Source: Ministeria vibrans ATCC 50519 (lineage: Eukaryota > Protista > Filasterea). From it: a stretch of DNA of 41,447 nt. The DNA is taken from NCBI GenBank assembly GCA_943704425.1, contig CALSCP010001997.1:1-41447 (forward strand), in the 5' to 3' direction. A program made the translations under genes and the position numbers. The notes under the pieces are model-generated. The model had not been told where the DNA came from. It saw only the letters and a program-made list of their open reading frames with translations, and searched no databases. Shown piece after piece: positions 13,220 through 26,729 of this stretch; position 1 is the first letter of the stretch, and each line of letters opens with the position of its first letter.

Positions 13220-16200
13220 TCAAACATATGACTGCGACCTCTCCCACGCAAGTAGCTGCCGTGCACGCTCCACCGCAAGGAATCGCTCCGTCGAGGCAAG
13301 TCGACTCCAGTACCGTTGACTTGCTGCCTCAGCCTTGCCCTCCATGCCGGGTTCCAGTGACGCAGACGCCGTCGTTACCGATCGCTCCTTACGCGTCTCG
13401 TCCTCTTCACTTTCTCCCCCGACTCCAAATATCGGTCTAAAGAAAACACAAATAATGAGTATAACAAAAAAAATGATCATCATTATTACTATTAATATTA
13501 TTATTATTATAAACAATCTTTCTCTCCTTACTTGGTCACGATGGCAAAGTCGGCTCCGACACCACTCCGATCCGAGTTAGACGCACCATTTCCACGCCAC
13601 ATAGCAAGCAGGCTAGTGCGCTTCTCACGAGTCACCTTGACACAAATGCGCTTGCGCAGCACGAGTGGCTCACTACGCCCCGTCACCTTCACACTGACGT
13701 ACACCACCGCATAGATGCGCTCACCTTTGGCCGTCGCGCGCATCAAACACGACCCATTCTGTCGATGCATACTTCCATCCCAGCTCGCCACGGCTCGCAT
13801 CCGCCCAGCTCCATCCCGCTCCACATTCACAAGTGTAAGCGCGTCCGCCTGCGCAAACGCCTCGTCACTTGCCTCGTTCGCACCCGCACTCGTCAACACC
13901 AGTCGCTCCACGCGCGACTCAACTGCACTACTCGCCTTCTGGTTGCCCTTCTCGTCCAGACGCGCCGCGTCCAGTCCCGCCGCACCCCCAACAACACCTC
14001 CTTCAACCAACATTTGCTTCTTGCGCGCATGCACCAGCGCCATCAACTCCTCCAGCAACAACGTCTCGCGCAACACCTCCTCAGGTGTGAGCTTCTTCAG
14101 CCGCGCTGGTCTTTTTCGCTTCTGCTTCTTCCTCTCGTCGTCCCCATCACCGCCACCATCCTCGTCCTCACTATCGTCCTCCACCAGTGCCTCCAGTTGT
14201 TCATCCAGCTCCTCCCGCCGTTTCTCCAGCTGCCACGCTGGCCAGTCGACTACGCGTCCACGACTACGACTCCCCACCAGCTGAGGCGCTCCATTCTGCA
14301 CAACATCAAGAAAAAAAAATGTTAGTTGTCTTTTCGCTTCATCTTCTTTCATCGCTTCGTCCTATTTCGTTCTCCTCATCTCTCCCTTACGTGATGCTTG
14401 GAGCGCGACTCGAGATCGCCCACGGCAATACCAACAATGTTCTCGTACACCATAAGGCCACTGGGTCGCGCCTGGACCACCGACGCCACAATGCGACGGG
14501 CATAGCCCTGACGAATGATAAAGAGTCCCCCCGTGTTGTTTTCGTCTTCACGGCTCTGCGTGTCCACTTCGAGCCACTCGCCCGTCTGCGACGGCTCCAT
14601 CACTGTCACAAACAGTTGGAACTCGTCAACCGTGTCGGCCCAGTCGAAAAGTCCATCTTGCACAATGGGTGGAATCTTCTCGGACCAGCCGGCCGGAAAC
14701 TGCTGTTCTTGAATGCCCAGACGACGCTGCTTCAGCAACGAGTGGCCCCACACCTCAATACCAAGCGTTCCGTCTCGCAAGAACCGTCGAAACGCCGGCG
14801 TCATGCGTCCCTCAAAGATGTACTCAAATCCAAACTGCGCCCGTCCACGCGTCGTGTCCTTTTTCGCCGTCGGATCGGCCGTGTCCAGCGACGGCACCGA
14901 CACATCGACAAACTGCCACATGCGATACACACAAAAGACAAGCGACGACAGCTCGACAGGGATGCGTCGTGCCTCGCGAACGGTCACGGAAATGCGAAAT
15001 TTCGGACGTGGCTTGTGCGCTGCCTTGCGATGCGCCGTAGAGGACGAAGACGAGTTGGTAGGTGCCTCTCTCTTGTGGTTCTCATCATCGTCCTCATCGT
15101 CCTCGTCGTCACCGTATAATAGATCCTCGGCAACGGCACGCGCACGCTCTGCTTCCTCTTGCTGCTTCTGGACCGCAATTTCCTCATCACGTTGTTGTTG
15201 TTGCCGCTGCTGCTGTTGCTGTTGTGTTGTTTCGCTGTCCTCGTCAATAGCGTCGTCCCAGACGGACGCAGAAGTATTCAATGCTTTGCTGACACGGTTG
15301 GCACTATTGTCCTGACCCGACAGTCGTCGTGAATTACTCCGTCGTCGTGGCGGTGCCTTGGGCGGCGGCGAGTTACGCACCGAGCTGCGTCGCGTGCCGG
15401 GAATGGTATCGTCCATGGCAACCAGAATCGCATCTGAGGTCGCTGTGAGTACTTGCCGCTCAAGTCGAATGGTCAGTTCGCCATTGAGCACTCCATGTTC
15501 GTTCACCAGTGGCGCACTCAGTTCCAACGACGACTCTTCCTCCTCCAGTGAGCGCAGCGAGAAACTTGCCACACCAATCAACTTGCAGAATTCAGCCTCA
15601 CGGAAAAAGTCTACATAATATTAAAATATATTATTATTATTAATACTATTATTATTATTAATACTAATTGATACGACTTTTTTGATTCGTCTTCTTCTTC
15701 TTCTTACCACTCCCTCCATCATGAGACGACTCGTCCACAAGCTGATAACCGTCCTTGGCGCTTTCCACGTGACGGTGATACATGTCGCGCATAGGGAACA
15801 TTTGACCCTGGAAGGCCGCAAGAGACCAGACGTGACGCGTGTGACGCTCCACATCCGTCACCTGCACGGCAAGTTCGCTGCGAGCGACGGCCGGGTCGGG
15901 CACTCCTCCCGCCGAAAGAAGACGTCGTGGGATCTGCTGAATCACATCGTACACCACTGGCTTGCCCAACTCTTTGGCCATCGCATTGGCCTCGCGCACC
16001 AGTGTCACTGCGTCAATCATCTGTTGCTCAAGTTCCGCCGTGCGCCACGGGAAAAAGTCCTTTCCTTGCTCTTCAAGCTGTTCCAGTCGTCGCTCATACA
16101 GCTAAAAACAAAACAAGAAGGAAAGAAAAGAGTGTTCGATATCATTGCTATTTTCTCTCTCTCAATCACTTTTGTTTTTTTCTCCCTCCTCTCTCTTTGC

Positions 16201-19200
16201 ACCACTTTGTTTCTTGCTCTCTCCTCTCTCTTTGCACCACTTTGTTTCTTTCTCCCTCCTCTCTCTTTGCACCACTTTGTTTCTTGCTCTCTCCTCTCTC
16301 TTTGCACCACTTTGTTTCTTTCTCCCTCCTCTCTCTTTGCACCACTTTGTTTCTTTCTCCCTCCTCTCTCTTTATACCACTTTGTTTCTTGCTCTCTCCT
16401 CTCTCTACTTTGACCCACCTTGATTTCAAGAAGAATGTCGGCTAGGGCCACCTCACTCGCACCCGGAGCCTTCTTAGATGGACTGGTCAAAGCCTTGAGG
16501 GTACGAGCAGACTCGGCGTCGGCGCTGTGGCGCAACGTGAGACGCCCAATACGCTCAACCAGGTCGCGCATCTCACGCACAATGTCACGGTATAGCTGCG
16601 GCTTCAGTTCCGTCTTGGCCACTGCCTCACCGCTTGCTTCGCTTTGAGCGCGTGTGTCCGCTGCGGCCGATGCCTCCGCTCGCAACCGTGCCGTCTCGGC
16701 AGCCGCCAGCAGTTCTTGGATTTCCTGTTCGCGCAGACGCTGTTGTTCAAGCAGCGCTGCCTGTTCACGCTGTGCCTCTTCGCGTTTGCGTTCCACTTCC
16801 TCCATTTGGCGACGCAATGCCTCACGCTCAGCCGCAAGCTGGGTTTCGCGCTCAAGCGCACGCACCTGCTCTTCTTCCACTTGTGCACGACGCTGCTCCT
16901 CACGCTCTCGCTCACGTTCCTTTACCTCCTCAGCAAGCGCCGTCGCCTGAGCCTCCTTGCTCTGAGCCTCGGCAAGGGCCGCCTCCTGTGCCGCAGCCGC
17001 AAGTGCCGCCTGCGCAATCGTCTCTTCGCGCAGCCTCATCTCTTGAGCAGCGCGCACCTCGAGGGCCTGTCGTTCCTCCTCGATGCGCTTCTGCTGTTCT
17101 AAAATTCGCACACGCTCCGCTTCAAACTCTTGCGCTTGTGTTTGCAAGCGCTCTTCATCCTGACGACGTTCCTCTTCAAGCTTTTGCAGACGTTCGTCGC
17201 GCAGGCGTTGTTGCTCGAGCAACTGGCGCTCCGTTTCGTCACGCTCTCGCGCAATCTTCGCCTGCTCGTCCGCCTGCAGCGTACGGATAGACGACGCTTC
17301 GGCGGCCGCAGCTTCGGCAGCTGCTTCGGCCATGCGCGCCGCCTGGGCCTTCGCCTCGGCTGCGGCCGCTGCTTCTTTTGCTTCGTGCATCGCTCGGATC
17401 TTGTCGGCTTCAAGCTTCTGCAGACGTTCTTCAAAGGCACGGCGTTGCTGCGTGAGAGCCGTCTCCTTCTCCTGATCCAACTGACTCTTCAGCGACGCAA
17501 TCACTTCGGGTGCGACGCCCGCATGCCGAGCCAGTTCACGCTGCGCGCGCTGCCAGTCCGACTCGCCCGACGCGAGCGAACCAAAAATCTCTTCGGCGGC
17601 ATTCGCTGCAGCGTCCGCCGTGCCGTCGACGGGACGCAGCATGGGCGAGCGTGGCAGATTGACACGAAAAAGGTGGTTGTTGCCAAAGCACAGACGATCG
17701 CCGTGGTAGAGGCGTTCTTCTGCAACAATCTCGCGTCCATTAATGCAGACACGCGCATCATTGACGGGCGCCACAGTTAAGTGGACAACGCTCTTGTCGA
17801 CCGTCTCCGTAGCCGACGACGAGGAAGAAATCGAGGAGGAGGACGACGCGGACGAGGTAGACGAGCCGACCGACGTGGTCGAGGTAACGCGCGGCGGTGG
17901 GTCCGACATGAGGCTTGCTTCGGCATCAGCAATGGCCGCGAGCATCACAGCCTCGTCTTCGTCGATGTTTGCCTGTGCAGTGGTCGCTGAAGCGTCAACT
18001 TTCTTCTGTTTCGCGGCTCGGGCCCGTTCCTTCTCGACCAACAGTGGACGAGTAATCACCGCATGTGAGCTTTGGATGCCAAGGCCACGCAGCTGCATGT
18101 CTTGCAGCTCTGGTGCGTCTTCGCGTCCAATGCAGGTGCGCGCCTTGAGCGGGTAAATGAGGATGCCGGTGAGACTGGGATCTTCGTTGAGGTTGATGAG
18201 AGAGGGAATGCTCTTGTCGACGGCGACGCCGGCGTGCGTCACAGAGATGCCCATACTCTCAAGGAGACGCTGTCGTTCAACGTTAATGTCGTTTGCCTCG
18301 CGCCACCGTTCCTCCCACGAGCGCGAGACACTCTCCATGAGTCGCTGACTCTCGTCCAGGCGTGCCCGCAACTCCTCCACCTCGCGTGTGTCCACCTGAG
18401 GCGCTGCTGGCGCCGACACGCCACCACTACTACTGCCGCCACCGGAGGGTAAAGCAGCGCCTCCCATTTGATCGCGCAGACGAGCGAGTTCTTCGCGTAG
18501 TTCGCGAATGATGCGAGCGTTGGCGTCCTCGTTGATGATGGCGTGGTTGACAATGCGCTTGGCTCGATCGGCATAGCGCAGCGTCGACATGGACTCTTCG
18601 TAGTTGTCGGCGGCCGGACTTACTGTCGCCACCATGACTGTCTTGGCATTGCCACCGAGGTTGTCCTTGAGCAGCCAAGTCAAGACAGAGTCGCGATAAG
18701 GCACAAATCCACCCTTTTTGCCGGACGCCTGATCTGCCAGATTGGCAATGACCAGTCCCAGCGTTGTCAGTGACTTGTTGATGTTTCCCGCTTCCTTAAG
18801 ACGGTCTCCTGCTGCGCCCGTCTTCGACACACGCTCACTGCCTGCCAAGTCGACCAGGCTCACACGCGACACCTAAAAACACACAAAAAATTAATAAAAG
18901 AGAATTACTAATGATAACTTTTTTGATAAAAATTTGCAAACTATTAGTAGAAGGCGAATAAGATGAAGGGAACTTTTTTTTTTAAATCATACCTTTTCAA
19001 GGGCAGTGCCGGCCTCGGCGTCAATGGCCGTTTGAGTCAGAAGAATGGTAAAGACGGCATGACTGCGACTCGACTCGGAGTTCATCATGGTCGCCGCGAC
19101 GGTCCGTGCGCGACCACCGTCCTCCATGAGCGCCTCAATGCCCGTGTAGTTGGCGACCGGCAGCTGTGACAGATTCTCGACGTAGGGACCGAGTGTCTTG

Positions 19201-20014
19201 TGTTCGCGCACACGTAATTTCTTCTTGTTGCTCGGGTTCAGCAAATCGCGCACGTTCTCGTTGTAAATCTACCATGGTGGAGACAAGGGATGAGAGAGTA
19301 ACAAAAAGAACAAGAATAGGAAAGCAGATGGTGTGAGAGCAAAACGCATTCAACTCACCTCCATGTAGGACACTTCGACTTTGTAGACTTGAGACTCGGT
19401 CGATTCAATGCTGATGCGGTCGAACATGGCACGACACAGCCGCGGAATGATTCCTTCGTCGTTGGGCGCCCCCATCATGGTGTACGTCTTGCCCGAGCCC
19501 GTCTGACCGTACGCAAAAATGCTACAAAATGTGAGTGTGATGAGCGTCTCTCTCACTCTGTGCGTATGTATGTGTCTTTTGATTGTTTTGTTGCTGCAAA
19601 GCGGTTTGCGTCTCTTGCTCGTTCACGCGCGCTTCCCAACACGCCGCTCTGCGTGCCGCGGTGAAGCCAGTGGGCGGCAGCATGTCCTTACCAAGCATTG
19701 TAGCCGTCAAAGGCGTTTTCAAGGACGCCTTCGCCGAGCGCTTTGTAGACGATTTCTTGGTTTGCAAAGTGCGCGTCGGTGGGCTCGTGGCTCCAGAAGG
19801 AGTGGTCGAAGGAAAAGGTCTTGGGGGGCGGAGCAGCTGTGGCGCCTGTGGCGCCCCCCGTGTTGCCCGCAGCGCCAGCAGGAATGTCGATGTTGGTGGT
19901 GACGCCGTCGCGCTTCATCTCAATGATGTTAGGCGACTTTTTGTCCTTTTCACGCCGATTGAACGGCCGCACGCGCACGGCCACCTTGACCTTGACCGCG
20001 CTGTCGTCGCTCAT
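13220..20014 (-). CDS. KIF13: Kinesin-3, KIF13-like (motor, FHA, long charged stalk, KIF13-type tail), multi-exon
   Basis: [80 protein letters not shown] ending [49 protein letters not shown]; stop at 13220-13222. Confidence 0.92.
16181..16406. repeat. 35-bp intronic tandem repeat, about 6.5 copies
   Basis: Unit CTCCTCTCTCTTTGCACCACTTTGTTTCTT followed by GCTCT or TCTCC, inside kinesin-3 intron 16102-16418. Confidence 0.93.
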
Positions 20015-20165
20015 CTTCTTCTACTCTTTGTTAGTGAAAATTGTGAATCAGGAGAATAAATCGAAAATCTTACTGCGATGAGCGATCACTTTTTCTTTTT
20101 ACTGACGATTGAGATCCATAAGCGCATTCGTCTGACTGTCTCTCGACACCCCGCCTCGTTTCATC
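20015..20165. promoter_or_regulatory. Very short putative bidirectional promoter (kinesin-3 / Rabaptin)
   Basis: Divergent start codons at 20014 (-) and 20166 (+), 151 bp apart. Confidence 0.55.
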
Positions 20166-20229
20166 ATGGGTATGTTATAAAAGTTACTCAACCCAAACCA
20201 TTAGAAATGTCGTGTTCGTTTGCTCTTTG

Positions 20230-20261
<32 letters not shown>

Positions 20262-21445
20262 CGTCTACCCGTTTATCCCTCACCTCTCGCTCGCATCGTC
20301 GCTTGCTCACGTGTGATTTCTCGCCCCATCCGTAGAAGAGGCACTTGCGGCCGAACGTGCACTGCGAGAGAAGGAGCAGCGCGACTTTGGTGTGCAGCGA
20401 ACCAAGTTCAAAGAGTTGTTCGTGCGCGTCGAAGAATCGCTGCGAAACGAACGCGCTGCGCTTGCCGAAGAGCGCGCAGCGCGTGCCAAGCTTGAGGAGA
20501 AGCTTGCTTTGGTGAAGAATGAGCTTGCCAGTGTGCAAGCAGTCAATGGCATGCTGCAGCAAGAGAGCGAGGAGGAAATGCGACGGGTGACAACCCGACA
20601 TGAGAGTGAGCTTGAATCACTTCGCGGCGTTCTCGCGTCTACCATGAGTGCACAAGAGGCAGCCGAGCGACGTCTTGTCGAGCATGGTCTTGAAGTGCCT
20701 GTAGTCGCGCCGACACCCGAGAGTCCCGTAACCCCCAATGTTGTGGTGCCTGCGTTGGCAGGCTCGGCACGCGCCAGTGCACTGGAGAGGCAGCAGGTGC
20801 GCGCTGCACGCGAAGCCGAGGTGCTGAAAGATATCGTGGTGCCCATGGAGGCGGAGATTGAGGCGCTGCGCAGCAAAGTCAAGGAGCAAGCAACTGAATT
20901 ACAGCGTGCACAACACACGTCTGACAACAACAGTAGTAGCGACGCGCGACTCGTCCGGCAGCTCAAGGAAGAACGAGAACGCTATTATGAGTTGCGCGAG
21001 ACGTGGGAACGCGCCAACGAACGTTGGCTTAGCGATCGTTCCTTTCTCGAGTCGACTGTCGCCTCACTGAAAGACGAACTCGACGGCTGGAAGACTATGT
21101 CACGTCCAACACCCTCCAAACGACTCACATCCTCTACTTCATCCAGCGCATCCCTACCAACAACAACATCCGCAACAACAGCAACACCATCATCATCAAC
21201 GTCTCCTTCCTTGGCTGTGCTAACGACCATGGCTGGCAATGACACGACAATGCAAGACAACTCGTCTTCTCCTTCATCAAGGCCAGCGGCGTCTAGTCCT
21301 GCCGCAAAGCTCGCCTCGGACCTGTTCAAGTCGGCCACGTCCTTTCTATCACGGCCCCAGTCGACGCCAAAGGCAACACCAGCGGCAACACCAGCAACAG
21401 CAACAACATCAACAGCAACACCATCAACATCAACAGCAACACCAT

Positions 21446-21492
<47 letters not shown>

Positions 21493-24013
21493 CCATCAAC
21501 AGCAGCAGGAGCAACAACAACAGCAACAGCAACACCATCATCAGCAGCAGGAGCAACAACAACAGCAGCTGCAGGAGCAGAAATAGGAGCGCCGAGACCT
21601 TTCGTTGGTGGAGATGCTCTTGGCGTCGAGGATGCCCCAACAGAGATGGATCCTCTAGTGTTGGACGTCGTGGAGAGCATTGGCGCCTCAGCAGAGCGTT
21701 CAACGCCTTCTGATGAATCCAATGTTGATGTGTTTCTTCAGGAGACGAGCGCACTCGATGCACCAGGCACTGCAACAGCAGCAATGGGTGACAGTCTGAC
21801 AACAATAGTAGCAGCAACAACAGCACCGATAGAGAGCGTGATGTGCAACACTGACGTCGATGAGTTGGTGGTGCGGCAAGAAAAGGAAGCAAAAGGAGGC
21901 GTGGTGGCGGGAAATGGTGCAGTACAGGGTGAATCAAACAAGGCTGACCAAGACGCAAGCGACGACCATGACAACGACAACAACAACAACAACAACAACA
22001 CCGTCAACAGCAACAACGAGAGTGACGAGAGTGACGATGGCCTGGCGAGTGTTACGGTGATGTTGGGTACGCCCGCATACAAGCAGAAGAGTCTAAAGGA
22101 ACAGCTGGGTGCGCTGCGGTCGCGACAAGCCGAGGTGGAGGAGCAAGCTCGCATTGCCCGATTGGACCTGGAGGCGTACAAGACGGTGCGCGAGCGGCTG
22201 GAGAGCGAGAGTGCCAAGGAGACGAGTCGCTTAAATATGCTGTTGGACGAGGAGCGTACAAAACGGCTCGAACTGGACGCAGACCTGGCGAGTGCACGAG
22301 AGGCCGCGTCGCAAGAACGACGCCAGCGTGCGGAAATGGAAGAGTCGTATACGCGCGCGAGTAGCGAGCTGCGTGTGCGTCTTGAGTCCTACGTGCGGGG
22401 TCATGAGAAGCTGGAGAAGCAATTGGTTCAGCTGGAAGAGAGCGCACGCATTGCCATGAGCGAGGCAAAAGAGCGTGTGGAGAGTGCGCGGGGCGAGGTG
22501 CAACGCATTGAGGGTGCTCTCAAGAGCGATCGCAGCCGACTGCACACGCTTGAAGAGCAGCTCGCACAGGGAAAGACGCGTCAGGGAGAACTCGAACGTG
22601 AAGTGGAAGTAGCTCGCTTTGGCACGCGCAAGCTGGAGGGAACACTGGGTGAGGTGGAGCAAGCACATGCGCGTCGTCTCGAAGAAGCCATGCAGGACTT
22701 GGAGACGCAACGTGATCTTAACGCGGCTTTGCAAAGCGATGTGATTTCAACGCAACGCTCATTTGAACAAATGGAGACACAGGCAAAGGAGCAGCGCGCA
22801 CAACACGAATCTGATTTTTTTGCGCTCAACGCCAAGACGGTGGATCTGCGACGTGAGCTTGAACTGATCAAGGAGCGTCTCTCAGCCGAACGCGAGTCAC
22901 GTCGCACTGCCGACCAGCGCATTGAGACCCTCACTGCTGAAATACAGGCGTATGCCGAGCGTGTCGCCGACATGCAACTCGAACGGTACACTATTTGAAG
23001 TTTTTCTTTGTGTCTTACTGTTTTGTTCGAGTATTTACGTACCATTGTTTGTTTTTGTTTAGAAATGAGGCACGAAAAGATGCGGATCAAAATGCGCGCA
23101 TGGTATGCTCAATGGAAGCGGACATGCGCAAGATGAAGGCACGTACCAAAGAGGTCATTACATTGCTTCAGGTACCATTAATAATAATAAGAAAATAAAG
23201 AGAATCGAGAGCTATACTCAATGTCAAAACAAGTCAATTCAAAATTCTGTTGTTGTACTTACACTTTTGATTGTGATGTTGCAGAACGAACTTGAGGCGA
23301 CACGGAACAAAGCGGAAGGATTAGACAAGAGGGTGCATTTGATGACGGAGAGACTGGAAGAAGGGATTCAGGTGCAGACGGAATTGGCATTCCAGAGTCA
23401 AGTACGAAAAGAAGAATTGTATGCAGTGACGAGAGCAATCACTAAACTAAACTGAATGCTGTAGGACTTGTCAATGGAGCTTGAGCGACAGCGAATCAAA
23501 GCCAAGACACCACGGTGGGAGGTAGACGACGAAGTGGCGAATTGCCGGCAGTGCCGTGAGCCATTTTCGCTGATGAAGTGGAAGGTGAGTTTTTTTTCTG
23601 CTTCTTCGTTTGTTCGAGATGATGAGTCAAGCTTGCCTGGGGCCGCATCCGTTGTATTTTTTAGCATATTGTNNNNNNNNNNGGGGGGGCGGGGGGGGGT
23701 TCACATCACTAAAACGTGTTTTTTTTTTCAATGGCAGCATCATTGTCGTCGATGTGGACGCATCTTCTGTTACAGTTGTACGGAGAAGTCACTGCAGAGT
23801 GGCGATCGGCGCATGTGTGACGGGTGTCTGAGTGCCGTGCAGGCGCGACACAGCCAGCGTGTGGCCGCGGCTGCCGCAGCCGCATCAGCTGGCTCGGGCG
23901 TGGCGGGCACAGCGGCCGCCGCGGCAGCGGCGGCGCAGTTGCAGGATGATGTGAGGAGTGAGACGAGCGAATCGAGTCTCTCGGGTGGACAGTGGGGCTC
24001 GCGCCAACACTAA
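20166..24013 (+). CDS. RABEP1: Rabaptin-5-like Rab effector with C-terminal FYVE domain; first coding exon is only ATGG (20166-20169), second starts at 20336
   Basis: QRDFGVQRTKFKELF and EAEVLKDIVVPMEAEIEALRSK match Rabaptin conserved segments; long coiled coils; WEVDDEVANCRQC...K|HHCRRCGRIFCYSC...RMCDGC FYVE finger. Confidence 0.85.
21372..21575 (+). repeat. Coding (GCA/ACA/CCA/TCA) low-complexity tract encoding a Thr/Ala/Ser/Pro linker
   Basis: Repeated ACAGCA/ACACCATCA units; reads ATPSTATATAT... in the Rabaptin frame. Confidence 0.9.
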
Positions 24014-24147
24014 AAGCTTGTACAAACATAATAATTATAATACGTCTTATCATTGAATATAACACAATCATAATGATAATAATGATACGGTAGTAGAAGA
24101 CAGTGAAAGAATTTGTATACATGATGAAAAAAAAATGAAGAGTGGTG

Positions 24148-25307
24148 TCAGCGAATCTGGGTTGCAATGTTAAGCACTGAGCGAGGTCCTCGGTCGCCTC
24201 TAAGCTTCGAGAAGACATTCCAGAAGCGCAGAGTCTCATCGCCTGCTCCCGTCACGATTGTCTGTCCGTCGGGACTCATCGCCAGATACAACACACTGCA
24301 ATCAAAAATGTAATATTAGTAACCTATTGGTCTGGTGGGATACAACAAAAGTGATCCGTACCGATAAGTGTGACCAGTGAGCGTTGCGACTTGCGTCATT
24401 GACGGATACTTCCAAACAATAATCTGGTTCTGACTGTAGCCGTGTGTGCTCACAAGCTCATTGACCGTTTTAGACCAGGCCAAATTGCATACCTGGATAA
24501 TATAATAATAATTTTACAATAATAATTTACTAGTTTAGTTGTAATTATTATTTAGGCAATGGCCACTCGAAGCGATAGTTTGAGAGCGATATTTTTTCTT
24601 CTTATTTCAGTTCACTCACCTGCGAGCCCGTGTCAATGTATTGCAGTGCCTGATCGGTGACGGTGTTCCAAAAGCGAATGCAGCGATCGGCGGTGCCGCC
24701 ACCCGAGGCAAGGAGACCGTGCTGGTGCGGGGACCAGGCAATTGCCTTGACGGCGGCAACGTGGTCACGGTAACGCAGGACGGGAGCGTCGACGCGGGGC
24801 GGCTGCCAAACGTAGAGGCGGTTGTCGTTGCCGCCACTTGCCAGTTGCTGATCGTCGGGCGACCAACGCAGACCGCACACTTCTTGTTTGTGTGCCGAGA
24901 GACGGCTCTGGTAGGGTTCGCTGGCACGCACATCGCGCAACAAAATGGTACGGTCGCGCGAGCCGGTCGCCATCATGTGTGTGTTCCATGCAAGCGCCGC
25001 CACACGGCTAGAGTGGCCCGCCAAACGTCGCACCAGCTTGCACTTGGCCGCATCCCACACCTGCACCGAACCATTGTGGGTACCAATGGCAACGTGCGTG
25101 CCGCGCTGAACCCATGCCACGCTAGTAACAAAATCGGAATCGGACGACAGATCACACAGCTGCTGCACCTGGCTGGTGCACGCCGACCACAAGTACACAC
25201 GTGCCCCCAGACCCACTGCAAGGACATTTTGCGACGACCAGTCCAGTAGATTCAAGTAGAAATCGTCCTGCGACACAAACAAAAAAAAAAAACAAAAAAA
25301 ACACGCA

Positions 25308-25343
<36 letters not shown>

Positions 25344-26316
25344 GTTGCGTTCCCTTTCACTTACCTGCAATTCGGGTGCATCAAGAACCTTGCAAGGCAC
25401 TTTGCTAATCTTTCTCATTTGTTTGCGTGGCGACAGTAGCATGCGTTCACTCTGAGACGAGACAGGTGAAAGAGCATACGGCGAGGGAGCGCCACCGTCT
25501 GCCGTTGTCGGAGCGATGACGGCTGTGGCGAGTTTGCGGGCGCTCGTTCCAGACTCAAGGCCTGCTTGCATCATAGCAAATCCTGCCATGGGGGAGAGCG
25601 AAGAGACAGCCTCGGACGAGAGAGCCAAGGAGGTACTGGGCGAGGCAGTGGTAGAGGTAGGGCCAGCCCGACGGAAAGACGAGCCGGTGGCAGATGAGGT
25701 TGGCGACAGATTTCGCAAAGGTGAGGAGAATTTGAGGATGCTGCGGTTTGGCCGAGTGGCCGAGAGGAGCGCATCGGCATCACTATCGCTATCCATCAGA
25801 CTCGGAGGCATTTGTTCGACTCCGGCGCCCAGCATTTCGTTTCGAAGTAACTGCGAATGTGTCGACCTTCCAACATCTTCGGGAATCACACTAGGAGAGC
25901 CTTCAGAGCCAGCTGCAGCAGCTGTCCGCCCTTTGATCGCCTCAGATTCACTGTCACGTAATGTGTAGCCCGTTTCCCAGTCGCTTGAAACGCGTGATGG
26001 GATGAATCTAAGGGTACAAAGGGTAACATATAATTTTTTTTTTGAAACATGAACTTTCGGGTCGACACAATTGTTCAAAATGACGACGACCAAGACGGGC
26101 GGAGGACACGTACCTGTCGCTGTAAGTGGCGCTGTGACGGGGAGAGGAGGAGGAGGATGCGGAGGAAGGCGCGGCTGAGACACCAGAGAGGGCCAGCGAG
26201 TGAACTGGCGAAACGGTATTGGCTTGGAGCCGCGCTGTGACCGCTGCCGGTCGACGGGGTGTCGTGACACGTCGGCTCGGTGATCCAGAGAGCCTCTCCT
26301 CGTACTCGGCATCCAT
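24148..26316 (-). CDS. FZR1: APC/C activator Cdh1 (fizzy-related), multi-exon
   Basis: MDAEYEERL start, C-box YSDR|[22 protein letters not shown]|[13 protein letters not shown]40 repeats ([24 protein letters not shown]), [10 protein letters not shown] and terminal IR motif. Confidence 0.96.
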
Positions 26317-26651
26317 GACGCGAACGTTGGAATAAATTTGCGACAACAGTGACAATGATAATTTTTAGTACGAGGATAATCACACAAATTGAGTATTCAT
26401 CAAACTCAAAAATAGGAATTCAAAAAGAACGACTGTGGGTGTCCGCAATAGACCGTGATCATTCGTCTTGTACCAATCTTCACTCCTCTCCTTTGTTTCC
26501 CCCCCGTGCCTTTCCGCTCTGAACGCCGCTTGCATTGGACTCGGGCGATTGAAGAGAGAGCAACATTTCATTCTCACAGCAAAATTTTACCTCTGGCTCT
26601 AAGCCTGTCCTAATCCTCAACCCAGTCAACGACACCGGCCAGAACTCGACC

Positions 26652-26696
26652 ATGTCTGAATCTGTACGTCGCCAACCAGCGCTTAATCGTTTTACG

Positions 26697-26729
<33 letters not shown>

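Noticed and set aside
16102-16418. Repetitive peptide at the end of the 951-aa ORF ([13 protein letters not shown]...), and a CRISPR-like look of the repeat
   Set aside because: It is read-through into a GT-AG intron containing a 35-bp tandem repeat with no unique spacers; splicing restores the KIF13 frame.
21239-21958. PolyQ/His ORF (+) and polyLeu ORF (-)
   Set aside because: Shadow frames of the Thr/Ala-coding repeat inside the Rabaptin exon.
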